Notes: a model not told the origin generated them from the letters alone. Shown: positions 39,921 through 49,335, numbered from the stretch's first letter. The stretch is DNA of 64,000 bases from Candidatus Bathyarchaeia archaeon (GCA_038883655.1 JAVZLQ010000001.1:288001-352000), one strand, 5' to 3'. Numbers and translations are program-made.

Positions 39921-39947
39921 TCAGAACCACTAAAAAATTTTTAATAA
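39921..39947 (+). promoter_or_regulatory. S-layer gene promoter element, shared with the GT4 operon
   Basis: TCAGAACCACTAAAAAATTTTTAATAA; 25/27 identical to the reverse complement of 45621-45647. Confidence 0.65.
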
Positions 39948-39967
39948 ATGTTGACACGCTTTCATAC

Positions 39968-42967
39968 ATGACCCATAAAAGAGGAATGAAAATGAAAAGA
40001 AGAAAGGAAATACTATCAATTTTGCTAATAGCAACAATCGCAGCAACATTCCTAACAACAGCGATCTTCATAAAAACAACAGAAGCTACAGATCCATCAA
40101 GCTGGTACATGACAGTAAATGGTGTACTCGCCACAGACTATTATTCACTATATCCGTTTAAAACTGACAAAAGCCTAAAAATAGGATTTTCAAAGTTCGG
40201 CGAAATTATAGATAGCAGCACAAACGTGGGTATAGAATACCGCGATAGGGACGCTTTTGCACCAGCAGCCGGAGCTAGTGTCCCATCAGAAATTGCAAAG
40301 CACAAGTGGATGAGCGGTTGGCTAATCAACATAACCTACATGTCAACAGCTGGCATAAGAAACATTTGGGCTATGGCTCAACACGCTGACCTTGTGGCTT
40401 ATGGAAACGACTGGATACGGGTTCACAGCGGATATGGCTATGAGGGCGCGTTAACCGAAGCTGATGAAGATCCCAAAGACCCTGGAAAACTGATCAGCAC
40501 TGGTACAGGACCCTATAATGGTGGAAGAAAAACCAACGGCACGGCAACAACAGAAGATATTCGTGTTCTCTACAATGGTCCAAGAATGTTTGTTGCACGC
40601 ACTGTTACTCACATTTATGACTGGGATCCATCATGGACTGAGGATGAACCGCTTGTGGATGTTGTTTTCACGTTCATCTTCAACAAAGTTAAGAAAGAAG
40701 TTATCGTGATAAAGGACATTAAAGAAGTAACAACAAAATTTGTCTTCGGTCAACTAACAGTACCAGGAACCGCCCAGCAAAATGCAACCGTTAACGGCGC
40801 CATAATCCAATTTAGCAACAGAGGCGAATGGGATATTGGACCAGCAAACACCTACGACAGCTACGTGCACTTCTACAGGGCGGCAAATGCCACAGAGCTC
40901 ACAATGGGTTTGTCAACAGTTTACAATGAAGATTATCACTTGAACCCAACACTATATGCGGCGCCGTGGCTTGGCATATCAAGTTATGGGCTCCAACCAA
41001 GTTCTAGCGGAACATATGATGTGGCGCAGATAGTTGCTAAGGATAGGGCTTACGTTGGTTGGGCTGCCTTCTGGCCTTCAGTTTCTAACTGGCATGTGGA
41101 TGCCGGCTACCAGAATAAATGGTGGAAATCTTTGAGTTATGGTGAAGATGCTGCTGACACGGCAATAGAGCCTTTCATGTCGCCGTACATAATTGGTGAA
41201 TGGGACTTCGTGTTAACCAAGACGCCAGTTGATTCTGGTGGACGACACTTTGACAGACAGTTTAGAGGCGTAACAGTTTATGGGTTAACTGACAATTGGA
41301 ACGGAGACGACGCTAACCGTTCAGGCGGAAGCAATGTTCTAGACCGTGAAATTTTGTATCAACTTGACGAAGTTTTCAATCCATGGGACTTGTACAGTGC
41401 AGTGCACAAGGATACCAAGAGGTGGGTGGAATTCCATACGGTAACGGCGGCTGAATATCAAAATGCACAAACAAATCATGTTGACTTGAACATAACATTG
41501 ACCTACACGCCAGTGAAATACTCTGTAATATGGGAGGAATACTGCAGCTTTAGCGAAAGGGTTGAATGGGGAGGCGCCCGCAGAATACCCGTTAGAGCTG
41601 TTTGGACCACCTATGACTATGAATTGTACGTTGACGAGGATGGCGTTGGCATAATAAACATTCCATGGAGTAAAGTTCCAGCAGCAGGCACGGTGATAAA
41701 AATCCTATACTCGACAGACACTGATTGGGAAAGAACAGAGGAAATAGTCTTCGAATTCTTTGCAGAAGACAGCACTGAGTTGTCTGATTCTGATTATGAG
41801 AGTTGGACCGACCCGTTAGGTGTCACCCACTTAGTAGACATAGACGATATTGACATCAGCGCATCCACGACCGCCCAAGAAGATTTTGAAGAAACCTTCA
41901 CATTCACCCTTTACGGATGGGAACATGACTTCAAAGTTTTCAAGAACAGCACCTACTTGTGCAGTTGGGACTACATTGAAGAAATGAAACAAGAGGGCAC
42001 TAACGCGGATGTAACTCTCGAGTTTCTGGATATACACTGGCTAATCACAGCGCCTGAAACCGAAGATGTTCACGTTTGGGAATTGGGCTTTAAGGCAACA
42101 GTGGAAATCACAATAAGTTACAACGCAACAGAAACAGAAATGAACATAACAGCCACCGTAACCCTCGCGCCACCAGGAGAGTATGTTCCATCAGACGTGT
42201 TATATAGTGAAAGTGTTCCAGGACGCTATGAGTGGGTTGTTGTTGGCAACCACTCCCGCGCCATAGACTCCATAGGCGCAGCAATGGTGGCTGCGGCCTT
42301 CAAGAATAAGCAAGTGGAAATTGGTAACGGCGGCTTAGACATGATGGACATGTGGGGCACTAACGTGCCATATCTACTCGCTGACATGGGTTATGCCACA
42401 TGGCGTGCTGGAGGACCAGCATGGACAGACATTTACGACAGCATTGGACGATTAGCCTACATAGACGACTGGTGCACGCGCTACCCAGTTTCAACATCAA
42501 ACATAATCACAGTAGCTGGTCCGTCCGCCAACCTGTTCAGCGAATACTTTAACGAGTTCTCGCAGGCAATACAGATTTACGGCATAACAAGCGGATACCT
42601 AATAGACGTAATATTTGCGCCTACATGCTGGAACACGACAAAAGCCAGCAACTACCTTGGACAATGGTACTACAAGAACAGCTGGTGGGAAAGCGAAATT
42701 ACTGGCTACGGTATAGGCGTAATATCAACTTACAAGGACATTAACGGCACGGTTGGCTTCCTAATCCACGGCTGGAGTGGCGACGACACCTACTACACAT
42801 GCAAGTGGTTCCACGAGTATGGCATATACTACATGCAAGAACTCAACCCTGGAGTAACAACACTTGTGCTACGAATAGACTACACGGAAGACCCGCATTA
42901 TCCAACAGTGACGATACTCGAACACCTCGGAACAATAAGCGAGAAAATAGAGATACATGACCCATAA
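39968..42967 (+). CDS. Probable S-layer (glyco)protein
   Basis: Signal peptide; acidic and Thr/Tyr/Trp-rich; several NxS/T sequons; C-terminal NIITVAGPSAN...GFLIHGWSGDDT resembling the NLILVGGPxAN S-layer C-domain; own promoter and U-rich terminator; flanked by glycosyltransferases. Confidence 0.65.
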   Translation: MTHKRGMKMKRRKEILSILLIATIAATFLTTAIFIKTTEATDPSSWYMTVNGVLATDYYSLYPFKTDKSLKIGFSKFGEIIDSSTNVGIEYRDRDAFAPAAGASVPSEIAKHKWMSGWLINITYMSTAGIRNIWAMAQHADLVAYGNDWIRVHSGYGYEGALTEADEDPKDPGKLISTGTGPYNGGRKTNGTATTEDIRVLYNGPRMFVARTVTHIYDWDPSWTEDEPLVDVVFTFIFNKVKKEVIVIKDIKEVTTKFVFGQLTVPGTAQQNATVNGAIIQFSNRGEWDIGPANTYDSYVHFYRAANATELTMGLSTVYNEDYHLNPTLYAAPWLGISSYGLQPSSSGTYDVAQIVAKDRAYVGWAAFWPSVSNWHVDAGYQNKWWKSLSYGEDAADTAIEPFMSPYIIGEWDFVLTKTPVDSGGRHFDRQFRGVTVYGLTDNWNGDDANRSGGSNVLDREILYQLDEVFNPWDLYSAVHKDTKRWVEFHTVTAAEYQNAQTNHVDLNITLTYTPVKYSVIWEEYCSFSERVEWGGARRIPVRAVWTTYDYELYVDEDGVGIINIPWSKVPAAGTVIKILYSTDTDWERTEEIVFEFFAEDSTELSDSDYESWTDPLGVTHLVDIDDIDISASTTAQEDFEETFTFTLYGWEHDFKVFKNSTYLCSWDYIEEMKQEGTNADVTLEFLDIHWLITAPETEDVHVWELGFKATVEITISYNATETEMNITATVTLAPPGEYVPSDVLYSESVPGRYEWVVVGNHSRAIDSIGAAMVAAAFKNKQVEIGNGGLDMMDMWGTNVPYLLADMGYATWRAGGPAWTDIYDSIGRLAYIDDWCTRYPVSTSNIITVAGPSANLFSEYFNEFSQAIQIYGITSGYLIDVIFAPTCWNTTKASNYLGQWYYKNSWWESEITGYGIGVISTYKDINGTVGFLIHGWSGDDTYYTCKWFHEYGIYYMQELNPGVTTLVLRIDYTEDPHYPTVTILEHLGTISEKIEIHDP

Positions 42968-42980
42968 CACAAAATCCCCA

Positions 42981-43000
42981 ATTTTCTTTCTCCCCTTTTT
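42981..43000 (+). terminator. Pyrimidine/U-rich archaeal terminator
   Basis: ATTTTCTTTCTCCCCTTTTT right after the stop, between convergent genes. Confidence 0.55.
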
Positions 43001-43009
43001 ATAAAACTT

Positions 43010-44302
43010 CTAACGCCGTACTGTGTACAACCACCATAGTATCTCCAAGTCTCTTGATGCAACCCTCTCCCAAGAAAAGCGCTTAACATAACTCCTTGAC
43101 ATAAAACTCAAAACTTCGTATTCCAGCACATTTTTACCTAAAACTTCCAGAATCCGAGATGCTAAACCATCAATATCCTTAACTGGTACGAGAAAAACAC
43201 TTTTACACTTTCCAAAAACCTCTCTTAAGGCAGGAATATCGTAAGCCACAACTGGCAAACCACAAGCCAAGGCCTCAGCAACGGATATTCCCCAACCCTC
43301 AAAAAGACTTGGAAAAGCGAACACTTTGCTTTGCTTCAAAAGCCGAAAAAGCTCCACATCCGCGCAGCGTCCCCTAACAAAAACGTTCTTTTCCAAACTA
43401 GAAAGCGCAACTGCACTCTTAAGCAGCTTAAGCTCCAAACCGCTACCAATAATCAAGAGCTTCGCGTCACTTTTCGCCTTGACAACCCTCTTCCAAGCCT
43501 CAAGTAGGTCGAAAACACCCTTCTCTTTGGAAATTCTGCCAACAAAAACAGCATCATAAATTTTCATGTCCTTTGAAGGCTTCACATTCTCGAGCAATTT
43601 AATGTCAACAGCATTTCCACTAACGAAAACTTTTACATTTGACACTCCGCTTCGCCTTAAAGATCTGGCGGTAAAACGCGAAACTACAATTATCGCATTT
43701 GCCCTTCTTAGCAAGGAAATTGTAATATAGAAAGCAACAGCCTTAACTAGGGCAACGGTGCGGCCATAACCAACATTCCTATAACAACTGTAAAGCGAAC
43801 ACGCGCTTTTCTTGTCAACGTTCAAGGATGGCAAGTCGATGTGATGCACAACGACACATAATGGCAACCGTAAAATCCAACTTAAAGCACAGCCAGCAAG
43901 AAGATTTGGAAAAGTGTTGTTGGGAACAAATATGATCTGAGGCTTGGCTTCTCGTACAAACGCTAAACCCTCAAAAGAAGCTTTAACAGCCCACAAAACC
44001 CAACAAAAATAGTTAACAAGCCAACCAGTGCCCCTCAAATGTGAAGAAATCAGACGCCTATAACATTTAACTTCAGAGTTTGCCAACAGACTTGGCTGAG
44101 ACTCCAAAACAGAAAACGCGAAAACGCGTTTTCCGCAGAGAAACTTCAAAGTTTCGACAAAGCGTTTTTCAGCTCCACCCATCGCCGTAACAGAAGCGCT
44201 TGGATGAAAAAACACGGCTAAAACACGGATGGCGCTTCCAACATTTCTATTTGGTTCTGGCGGCGCTGCATAACAAATTTGCCTTTGTTCCGCCTTTAAC
44301 AC
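43010..44302 (-). CDS. Glycosyltransferase family 4
   Basis: GGAE, FVGRI..EKG, PS.FEGWG....EALACGLPVV; true start may be downstream. Confidence 0.92.
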   Translation of the reverse strand: MLKAEQRQICYAAPPEPNRNVGSAIRVLAVFFHPSASVTAMGGAEKRFVETLKFLCGKRVFAFSVLESQPSLLANSEVKCYRRLISSHLRGTGWLVNYFCWVLWAVKASFEGLAFVREAKPQIIFVPNNTFPNLLAGCALSWILRLPLCVVVHHIDLPSLNVDKKSACSLYSCYRNVGYGRTVALVKAVAFYITISLLRRANAIIVVSRFTARSLRRSGVSNVKVFVSGNAVDIKLLENVKPSKDMKIYDAVFVGRISKEKGVFDLLEAWKRVVKAKSDAKLLIIGSGLELKLLKSAVALSSLEKNVFVRGRCADVELFRLLKQSKVFAFPSLFEGWGISVAEALACGLPVVAYDIPALREVFGKCKSVFLVPVKDIDGLASRILEVLGKNVLEYEVLSFMSRSYVKRFSWERVASRDLEILWWLYTVRR

Positions 44303-45516
44303 GCTAGTTCCACATCATCCAATTTTTGAAGAGTTTCCTCGAGAATCTCAAAATGCCTATCACAGGAGAAGTTTCCTTCAACAAAACTTCTAGCCGCAGC
44401 GGAAAACCTCTCCTTCCCAACATCAACTATCCTTAAAATTTTTTCAGCAAAATCCTCGACGTCGTAAGGCGTTGCCCTATAACCAGTCTTGCCATCAAAA
44501 ACGGTTTCGCATGGTCCGCCGTGGTCGTCCCAAACGACGGCTGGTGTTCCACAGGCCATAGCTTCAACTGGTCCAAGTCCAAAATCCTCCCTTGGAACAG
44601 AATAAGCGTAAACATCAGCCGCATTATAAAGCTTGACAAGTTCATTTTGAGGTTTGAACCCCAAAAACTTCACGTTATTCTCTATACCTAGTTTTTTGGC
44701 GATTTTCAAAAGCTTTTCAACGTATTGGCTGTTCTCCTTTGAGATTTCACCTGTAACCGCCAGAGTCGCCGATGGAAAATCCTTAACAACATAACTCATT
44801 ATTTCAAGAAGCCACTCCCAACGCTTAACAGCAACAATTCTTCCAGTAGAGAGAATAAGCGGCCAACAAAAACTGCCACGCACTTCTCTCACGAGCTTCT
44901 TGTCCAGTATTTCGAACGCTTCGACGTCAACTGGTGGATAGCAAACTTTGGCTTTTACTCCATAAATTGTTCTTATTCTCTTTGCCGTAAAGTGGCTGTT
45001 AGCCAAAACAGCGTCAGAATTCACCACGCCCAAATAATCCAGTTCCCTCAGCAGTGGACCAGCAATCTTGCCAAGTCTATATATTATCTCTCTAATATCA
45101 TTAAATCTCCATAGGACTCTCTCCTCCTTTTTTAAGTATAGAAAACGTGGCGGAGAATGAATGTAACTGACATACCTTTTGCCGTTTAGCCTCTTATTCA
45201 AATAGCCTATCCATGGGGCTGGGCCGTATCCGTGGCAGAGTAGAACATCCTCTTCTTTCAAGGCTGGTAAGGTTAATGGTGCCAGTGGAATCGACGATAT
45301 TATCCTCACTGCTGGGTTGTTTGGGATTAAACGCTTAAAGAAGCTTTTCGTGTAGCAGTGTGGGTTTTTGGTTTCTCTTCGTAGGTTTTTGTCGACATAA
45401 GCAAAAAGACACTCTGCGTCGTGTCCTCTTTTTCTAAAAAGTTCCACCTGTTTAAGGATTACCCTCTCCGCTCCCCCAAGTTCTTTTAGGTGGCTATAGA
45501 GTATGGCTATCTTCAA
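44296..45516 (-). CDS. Glycosyltransferase family 4
   Basis: GGAER, ANS.FT, YPPVD, EDFGLGPVEAMACGTP. Confidence 0.93.
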   Translation of the reverse strand: MKIAILYSHLKELGGAERVILKQVELFRKRGHDAECLFAYVDKNLRRETKNPHCYTKSFFKRLIPNNPAVRIISSIPLAPLTLPALKEEDVLLCHGYGPAPWIGYLNKRLNGKRYVSYIHSPPRFLYLKKEERVLWRFNDIREIIYRLGKIAGPLLRELDYLGVVNSDAVLANSHFTAKRIRTIYGVKAKVCYPPVDVEAFEILDKKLVREVRGSFCWPLILSTGRIVAVKRWEWLLEIMSYVVKDFPSATLAVTGEISKENSQYVEKLLKIAKKLGIENNVKFLGFKPQNELVKLYNAADVYAYSVPREDFGLGPVEAMACGTPAVVWDDHGGPCETVFDGKTGYRATPYDVEDFAEKILRIVDVGKERFSAAARSFVEGNFSCDRHFEILEETLQKLDDVELAC

Positions 45517-45620
45517 CTATTTTCATCCTCGCTTTTCAGAGCCAACCAGTTTTAGTGGTTCATTCTATTTGCCATATTCATGTCTGTTTTGGCTTTGTGG
45601 AATGGTTCTTCTTTAAACGA

Positions 45621-45647
45621 TTATTAAAAAGTTTTTAGTGGTTCAGA
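45621..45647 (-). promoter_or_regulatory. GT4 operon promoter element, shared with the S-layer gene
   Basis: Minus strand TCTGAACCACTAAAAACTTTTTAATAA; extra core TGAACCACTAAAA at 45550-45562. Confidence 0.65.
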
Positions 45648-45735
45648 ATCCGAACAAGAAACACTCGAAAAGATACACTTAAATCCAACAGCCTTTTCTA
45701 TACCACCAACACATCAAACAGAAGAAGCGAAGACG

Positions 45736-46854
45736 ATGAACGAAATACCACTCGAACCTGCAGACATAACAACACTCCAAGAAGAATTCGAAAGAATAAC
45801 ATCCTTGGTTTTAACGGAATTCCAAATAGAAGAATCTATGCTGGAACATGGTGTACCCACATACTACCTCAAGCAGCCACAAGAAACAAAACAGCCATTT
45901 CTAAACCTCCTCAAAAAATTAGATGAAATAAACTTTATCGCAGTGCTCCGCAAAATTGATGGCCGCATAGTCTTGAAAGTAATCAAAAAACCAGCCACAA
46001 AGAAAAGCAACATAATAATTAATTGGGTACTATTCCTCGCAACAATAGCAACAACATTCATAACAGGATATCTACTATCCGAAGGCCTAACAGACCCGGT
46101 AATTGGCGGAGCAACATTCACGATCTCATTAATGACCATATTAGGGCTGCATGAACTAGGACATAAGTTAATTGCAAACAAAAAGGGAATAGAAGCAACC
46201 CCTCCGTACTTCATTCCAGGCCCACCTCCAATTGGCGAATTCCTTGGACTTGGAACTTTTGGCGCAGTTATATTGCAGAAATCCCTTCCTCCCAACAAAG
46301 ATGCCTTATTTGACATAGGCTCAAGCGGTCCAATTCTCAGCTTCATATTAGCCTCTTTAGCAGCATTCGTTGGTTTACTCTTGTCACCAATAATGTATAG
46401 TAATGAACAGTTGCCATCGCTTCCTATTCCATTAATGTTTTTGTTGTTGGTTGAGCTTTTAATCAATGTTCCACCAGCTCCACCAGATAAGCCATACACG
46501 TATATACTGTTGCATCCAGTTGCTGTGGCAGGATGGGCTGGTATTTTTGTTACAATGTTGAACTTGATGCCTGCGGCGGTGCTTGATGGTGGTCATATTG
46601 CACGGGCAATTTTCGGGAGAAAGGTACGCATTATGCTAACCATGTTTTCGGTTCTATCTCTAGCCTTTATCAGTCCCGTAATGGCGATTTTCGTTTTGTT
46701 TATGTCGATGTACGGGCATCCTGGACCTTTAGATGACGTTTCAAGTTTGTCGAAGGGCAGAAAATTTTTGGCTGTGTTTCTTGTAATAATTTTTGTTTTA
46801 TCTTCATTTTTGCATTATCTGGTTTTTCTGTTATTTGATTTGTTTGGTTTTTGA
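45736..46854 (+). CDS. Site-2 protease (M50)
   Basis: HELGH, GTFGA, GP, NLMP...LDGGH. Confidence 0.93.
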   Translation: MNEIPLEPADITTLQEEFERITSLVLTEFQIEESMLEHGVPTYYLKQPQETKQPFLNLLKKLDEINFIAVLRKIDGRIVLKVIKKPATKKSNIIINWVLFLATIATTFITGYLLSEGLTDPVIGGATFTISLMTILGLHELGHKLIANKKGIEATPPYFIPGPPPIGEFLGLGTFGAVILQKSLPPNKDALFDIGSSGPILSFILASLAAFVGLLLSPIMYSNEQLPSLPIPLMFLLLVELLINVPPAPPDKPYTYILLHPVAVAGWAGIFVTMLNLMPAAVLDGGHIARAIFGRKVRIMLTMFSVLSLAFISPVMAIFVLFMSMYGHPGPLDDVSSLSKGRKFLAVFLVIIFVLSSFLHYLVFLLFDLFGF

Positions 46855-46985
46855 TTTTGCATATATTTTTTGTATACATTTGTATTTGTGTTGTGCTTGT
46901 GGACGGTAAGGTTTATTAAATATTACTATACTGGATAATCTTGATTAGACATGTCAAAAATAGAACATAACGAAGGGCGAAAAAT

Positions 46986-47210
46986 ATGAAAGGCGCAGCC
47001 ATACTACTAGCCTTCTTCCTACTGTTTGCATCAGCCTCTCTACTAATTCCTTCGCCAATGTTCCCGGGAAACTTTTTCTGCACCTTAATAGGAGAAGCCG
47101 TAAGCTCATACGCCAATTATTTGAGCGCCTTCTTCAACGGAATATTTTACGGCGTGATTTTGTGGTTTGTCTTTTCAATAATAAGCAAAAAGCTTGTTGA
47201 AGAAAAATAG
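46986..47210 (+). CDS. Small two-TM membrane protein
   Basis: 74 aa with two hydrophobic segments; fills a gap. Confidence 0.6.
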   Translation: MKGAAILLAFFLLFASASLLIPSPMFPGNFFCTLIGEAVSSYANYLSAFFNGIFYGVILWFVFSIISKKLVEEK

Positions 47211-47229
47211 CTTAGGCGTTCGTCTACTT

Positions 47230-47511
47230 TCATAGTTCTGGCTGCTGTAAAAACCCTATAAGCCTAATTGTACTGCCGCATTTATTGCACATCAAAATTA
47301 ATTCTGCCAAATCGTTGCCCTTAACTCTTGTATCGACAATTTGGTAAACTTCTTCCGTTGTATCGTCTGGTGATATTATTACTCCACATTTCGGACATGG
47401 AAACGCTCCATCTCCATCAATTTTAGTTAAATCCACCGTGTATATCGCACTTTTTTTGGCAGATGTTTTCTTCATCATGTTTAGACACATCTTTCCAAGT
47501 TTTGTCTTCAT
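47230..47511 (-). CDS. Small Zn-finger protein
   Basis: CPKC...CNKC; real start possibly 47490 or 47478. Confidence 0.7.
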   Translation of the reverse strand: MKTKLGKMCLNMMKKTSAKKSAIYTVDLTKIDGDGAFPCPKCGVIISPDDTTEEVYQIVDTRVKGNDLAELILMCNKCGSTIRLIGFLQQPEL

Positions 47512-47536
47512 GGTTAAACTTGAATATAATTAACAA

Positions 47537-47570
47537 TTATGAATTCAGAATACAAATTTTGGATTCATAA
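47537..47570. promoter_or_regulatory. 15-bp inverted repeat between divergent genes (putative operator)
   Basis: TTATGAATTCAGAAT-ACAA-ATTTTGGATTCATAA, arms match 13/15. Confidence 0.6.
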
Positions 47571-47615
47571 CCCTAATTACGTGTTTAGCCTTCTAGGTGT
47601 AATGGGTGTAATAGT

Positions 47616-47933
47616 TTGCCTTTATGGCATGAAATTGAAGATTTGCAGAAGAAAAAGGCAGAATTAGAGTTTCAACTTCATTCAGTTGAAGAGAAAGAGA
47701 AAAATCTTGAAGAGAGAGCAAGACTGCTGGAGGAAAAATTAGCGATTCAACAGCTGGAAGAGAAGCTTAGGATTAAAATGGAAGCCGTGGAGAAGCTTGA
47801 GGCTCGAATAAACGAGTTAGAGCAGAAACTTCAAAAGCGAGAAACAAGTCCTTCAACTGCAATAACGATGGAGCCACAAGTTCAACAGAATGCAAACGAA
47901 TCACCATTACGAAGGCTTTTTGGGGAGCAATAA
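47616..47933 (+). CDS. Coiled-coil protein
   Basis: Continuous Leu heptads, E/K-rich, short amphipathic C-terminus (LRRLFG). Confidence 0.7.
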   Translation: MPLWHEIEDLQKKKAELEFQLHSVEEKEKNLEERARLLEEKLAIQQLEEKLRIKMEAVEKLEARINELEQKLQKRETSPSTAITMEPQVQQNANESPLRRLFGEQ

Positions 47934-47984
47934 CGTAGAACTGTACGACCGCGAAACATATTGTTCGTTATTCCACAAATGCGA

Positions 47985-48012
47985 CTATGATAGCGGCTAT
48001 GATAGCGGCTAT
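47985..48012. repeat. 12-bp tandem duplication (CTATGATAGCGG x2.3)
   Basis: Read directly from the sequence. Confidence 0.8.
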
Positions 48013-48141
48013 CCTTCACATATGGGAAACTTTATAGCAATTTTAGAAACAAAAACTTACATTTTAAGGCAGAACATCACGCAATATTTCTAGTAAAAAT
48101 GCAACCAACAAACTTATATTTTCTACGCAATCAACTTATAG

Positions 48142-48216
48142 ATGGTGCAGGATAGCAGCGCAGCATACGGCAAGGCTAGTAGGGTTTTTCCTTTCACATC
48201 ATTCCTGCACCACTAA
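48142..48216 (+). ncRNA. Candidate small RNA or leaderless 24-aa micro-ORF
   Basis: TTATAT box at 48114-48119; perfect 10-bp terminal inverted repeat TGGTGCAGGA (48143-52)/TCCTGCACCA (48203-12). Confidence 0.4.
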
Positions 48217-48265
48217 TTTAATCATCTATCTTAGCTATTGAGATTAGCACAATCACAGAATTGGT

Positions 48266-48835
48266 TTACATAAAAATTTCTTGTGCTGCTTTTCGATATA
48301 TTTCGAAATCTTGTCTTGTAAATAAAACGAATATTATTTCGTCAAATTTGTTTTCTTTTTCAACAAACTCTTTTATGGTTGCCAATGCTACTTTACATGC
48401 TTTCTCGATGGGATATCCATACGCGCCTGTACTTATTGACGGAAAGGCTATCGTCTTTAATCCCTTAGAAACCGCCAGCATCAAGGAGTTGCGGTAGGCT
48501 TCAGCCAAAAGTTCTGGCTCGCCTTGGTTTCCACCACGCCAGATAGGTCCAACAGTATGAATAACGTATTTGGCTTTTAGGTTTCCCCCAGAAGTTATGA
48601 CAGCCCTGCCCGTTGGGAGCCCATTCGGCCATTCACTTGCCCTTATACGTTTGCATTCCTCTAGGATTTTTGGTCCGCCCTTGCAGTGGATTGCGCCGTC
48701 GACGCCTCCTCCTCCCATGAGGGTTGGGTTTGCCGCGTTTACTATTGCATCTGTGTCCATTTCTGTTATGTCACCTTGAACAAGGCAGATTTTTGTCTTA
48801 CCAATTTTGAAAGATACAGACATTGTGTTATCCAC
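48266..48835 (-). CDS. Macro-domain O-acetyl-ADP-ribose deacetylase (YmdB-like)
   Basis: GDIT, AIVNAAN, GGGGVDGAIH, VIHTVGP, FPSISTGAYGYP. Confidence 0.93.
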   Translation of the reverse strand: MDNTMSVSFKIGKTKICLVQGDITEMDTDAIVNAANPTLMGGGGVDGAIHCKGGPKILEECKRIRASEWPNGLPTGRAVITSGGNLKAKYVIHTVGPIWRGGNQGEPELLAEAYRNSLMLAVSKGLKTIAFPSISTGAYGYPIEKACKVALATIKEFVEKENKFDEIIFVLFTRQDFEIYRKAAQEIFM

Positions 48836-48975
48836 AATATCTTTTCATCAAAATTTGCTTAAAATTTTAATCCTAAACCCAGAGAATAAGGGACTGTCAT
48901 AAGACTCATAAGACTTTGGTTTTTAAGTTTAAATATGCCTTTTACTGAAAACTACATAGGAGTGGTTATAGAATC

Positions 48976-49266
48976 TTGAAACGCGATCTGCTGGAAAGTT
49001 ACTTCTGGGGATTTGTTACAGGTTCAGGAATTACAAGTTTGATTCTTCTTATATACTTAAGAGCTGTATTCCAAATCCAAATAATTGGACCCGCCCACTC
49101 CGATTACGGTTGGGTAACTTTTATTCTTGGAACAGAGCATCCTAATGGTTACTGGTATAACAGTATGGTTGGGTATACAACTACCTTTATAGTTTTAGCA
49201 GTCTTTGTGATTTTCTTTAGCATACTCCTCAGCATAATAACATTTAAAGAGAGTAAGCCGCGGTAA
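48976..49266 (+). CDS. Small two-TM hypothetical protein
   Basis: GGAG SD, two hydrophobic helices. Confidence 0.55.
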   Translation: MKRDLLESYFWGFVTGSGITSLILLIYLRAVFQIQIIGPAHSDYGWVTFILGTEHPNGYWYNSMVGYTTTFIVLAVFVIFFSILLSIITFKESKPR

Positions 49267-49335
49267 ATTAATTAAAAAAGTTGAGTAAACATCTATTCTG
49301 TGGTGGTTTTTAAAGATTGTTTGGGTTAAAAATTT

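Noticed and set aside
48143-48212. Minus-strand reading as a box C/D sRNA (ATGATGT after the stem)
   Set aside because: No CTGA D or D' boxes, and the promoter is on the plus strand.
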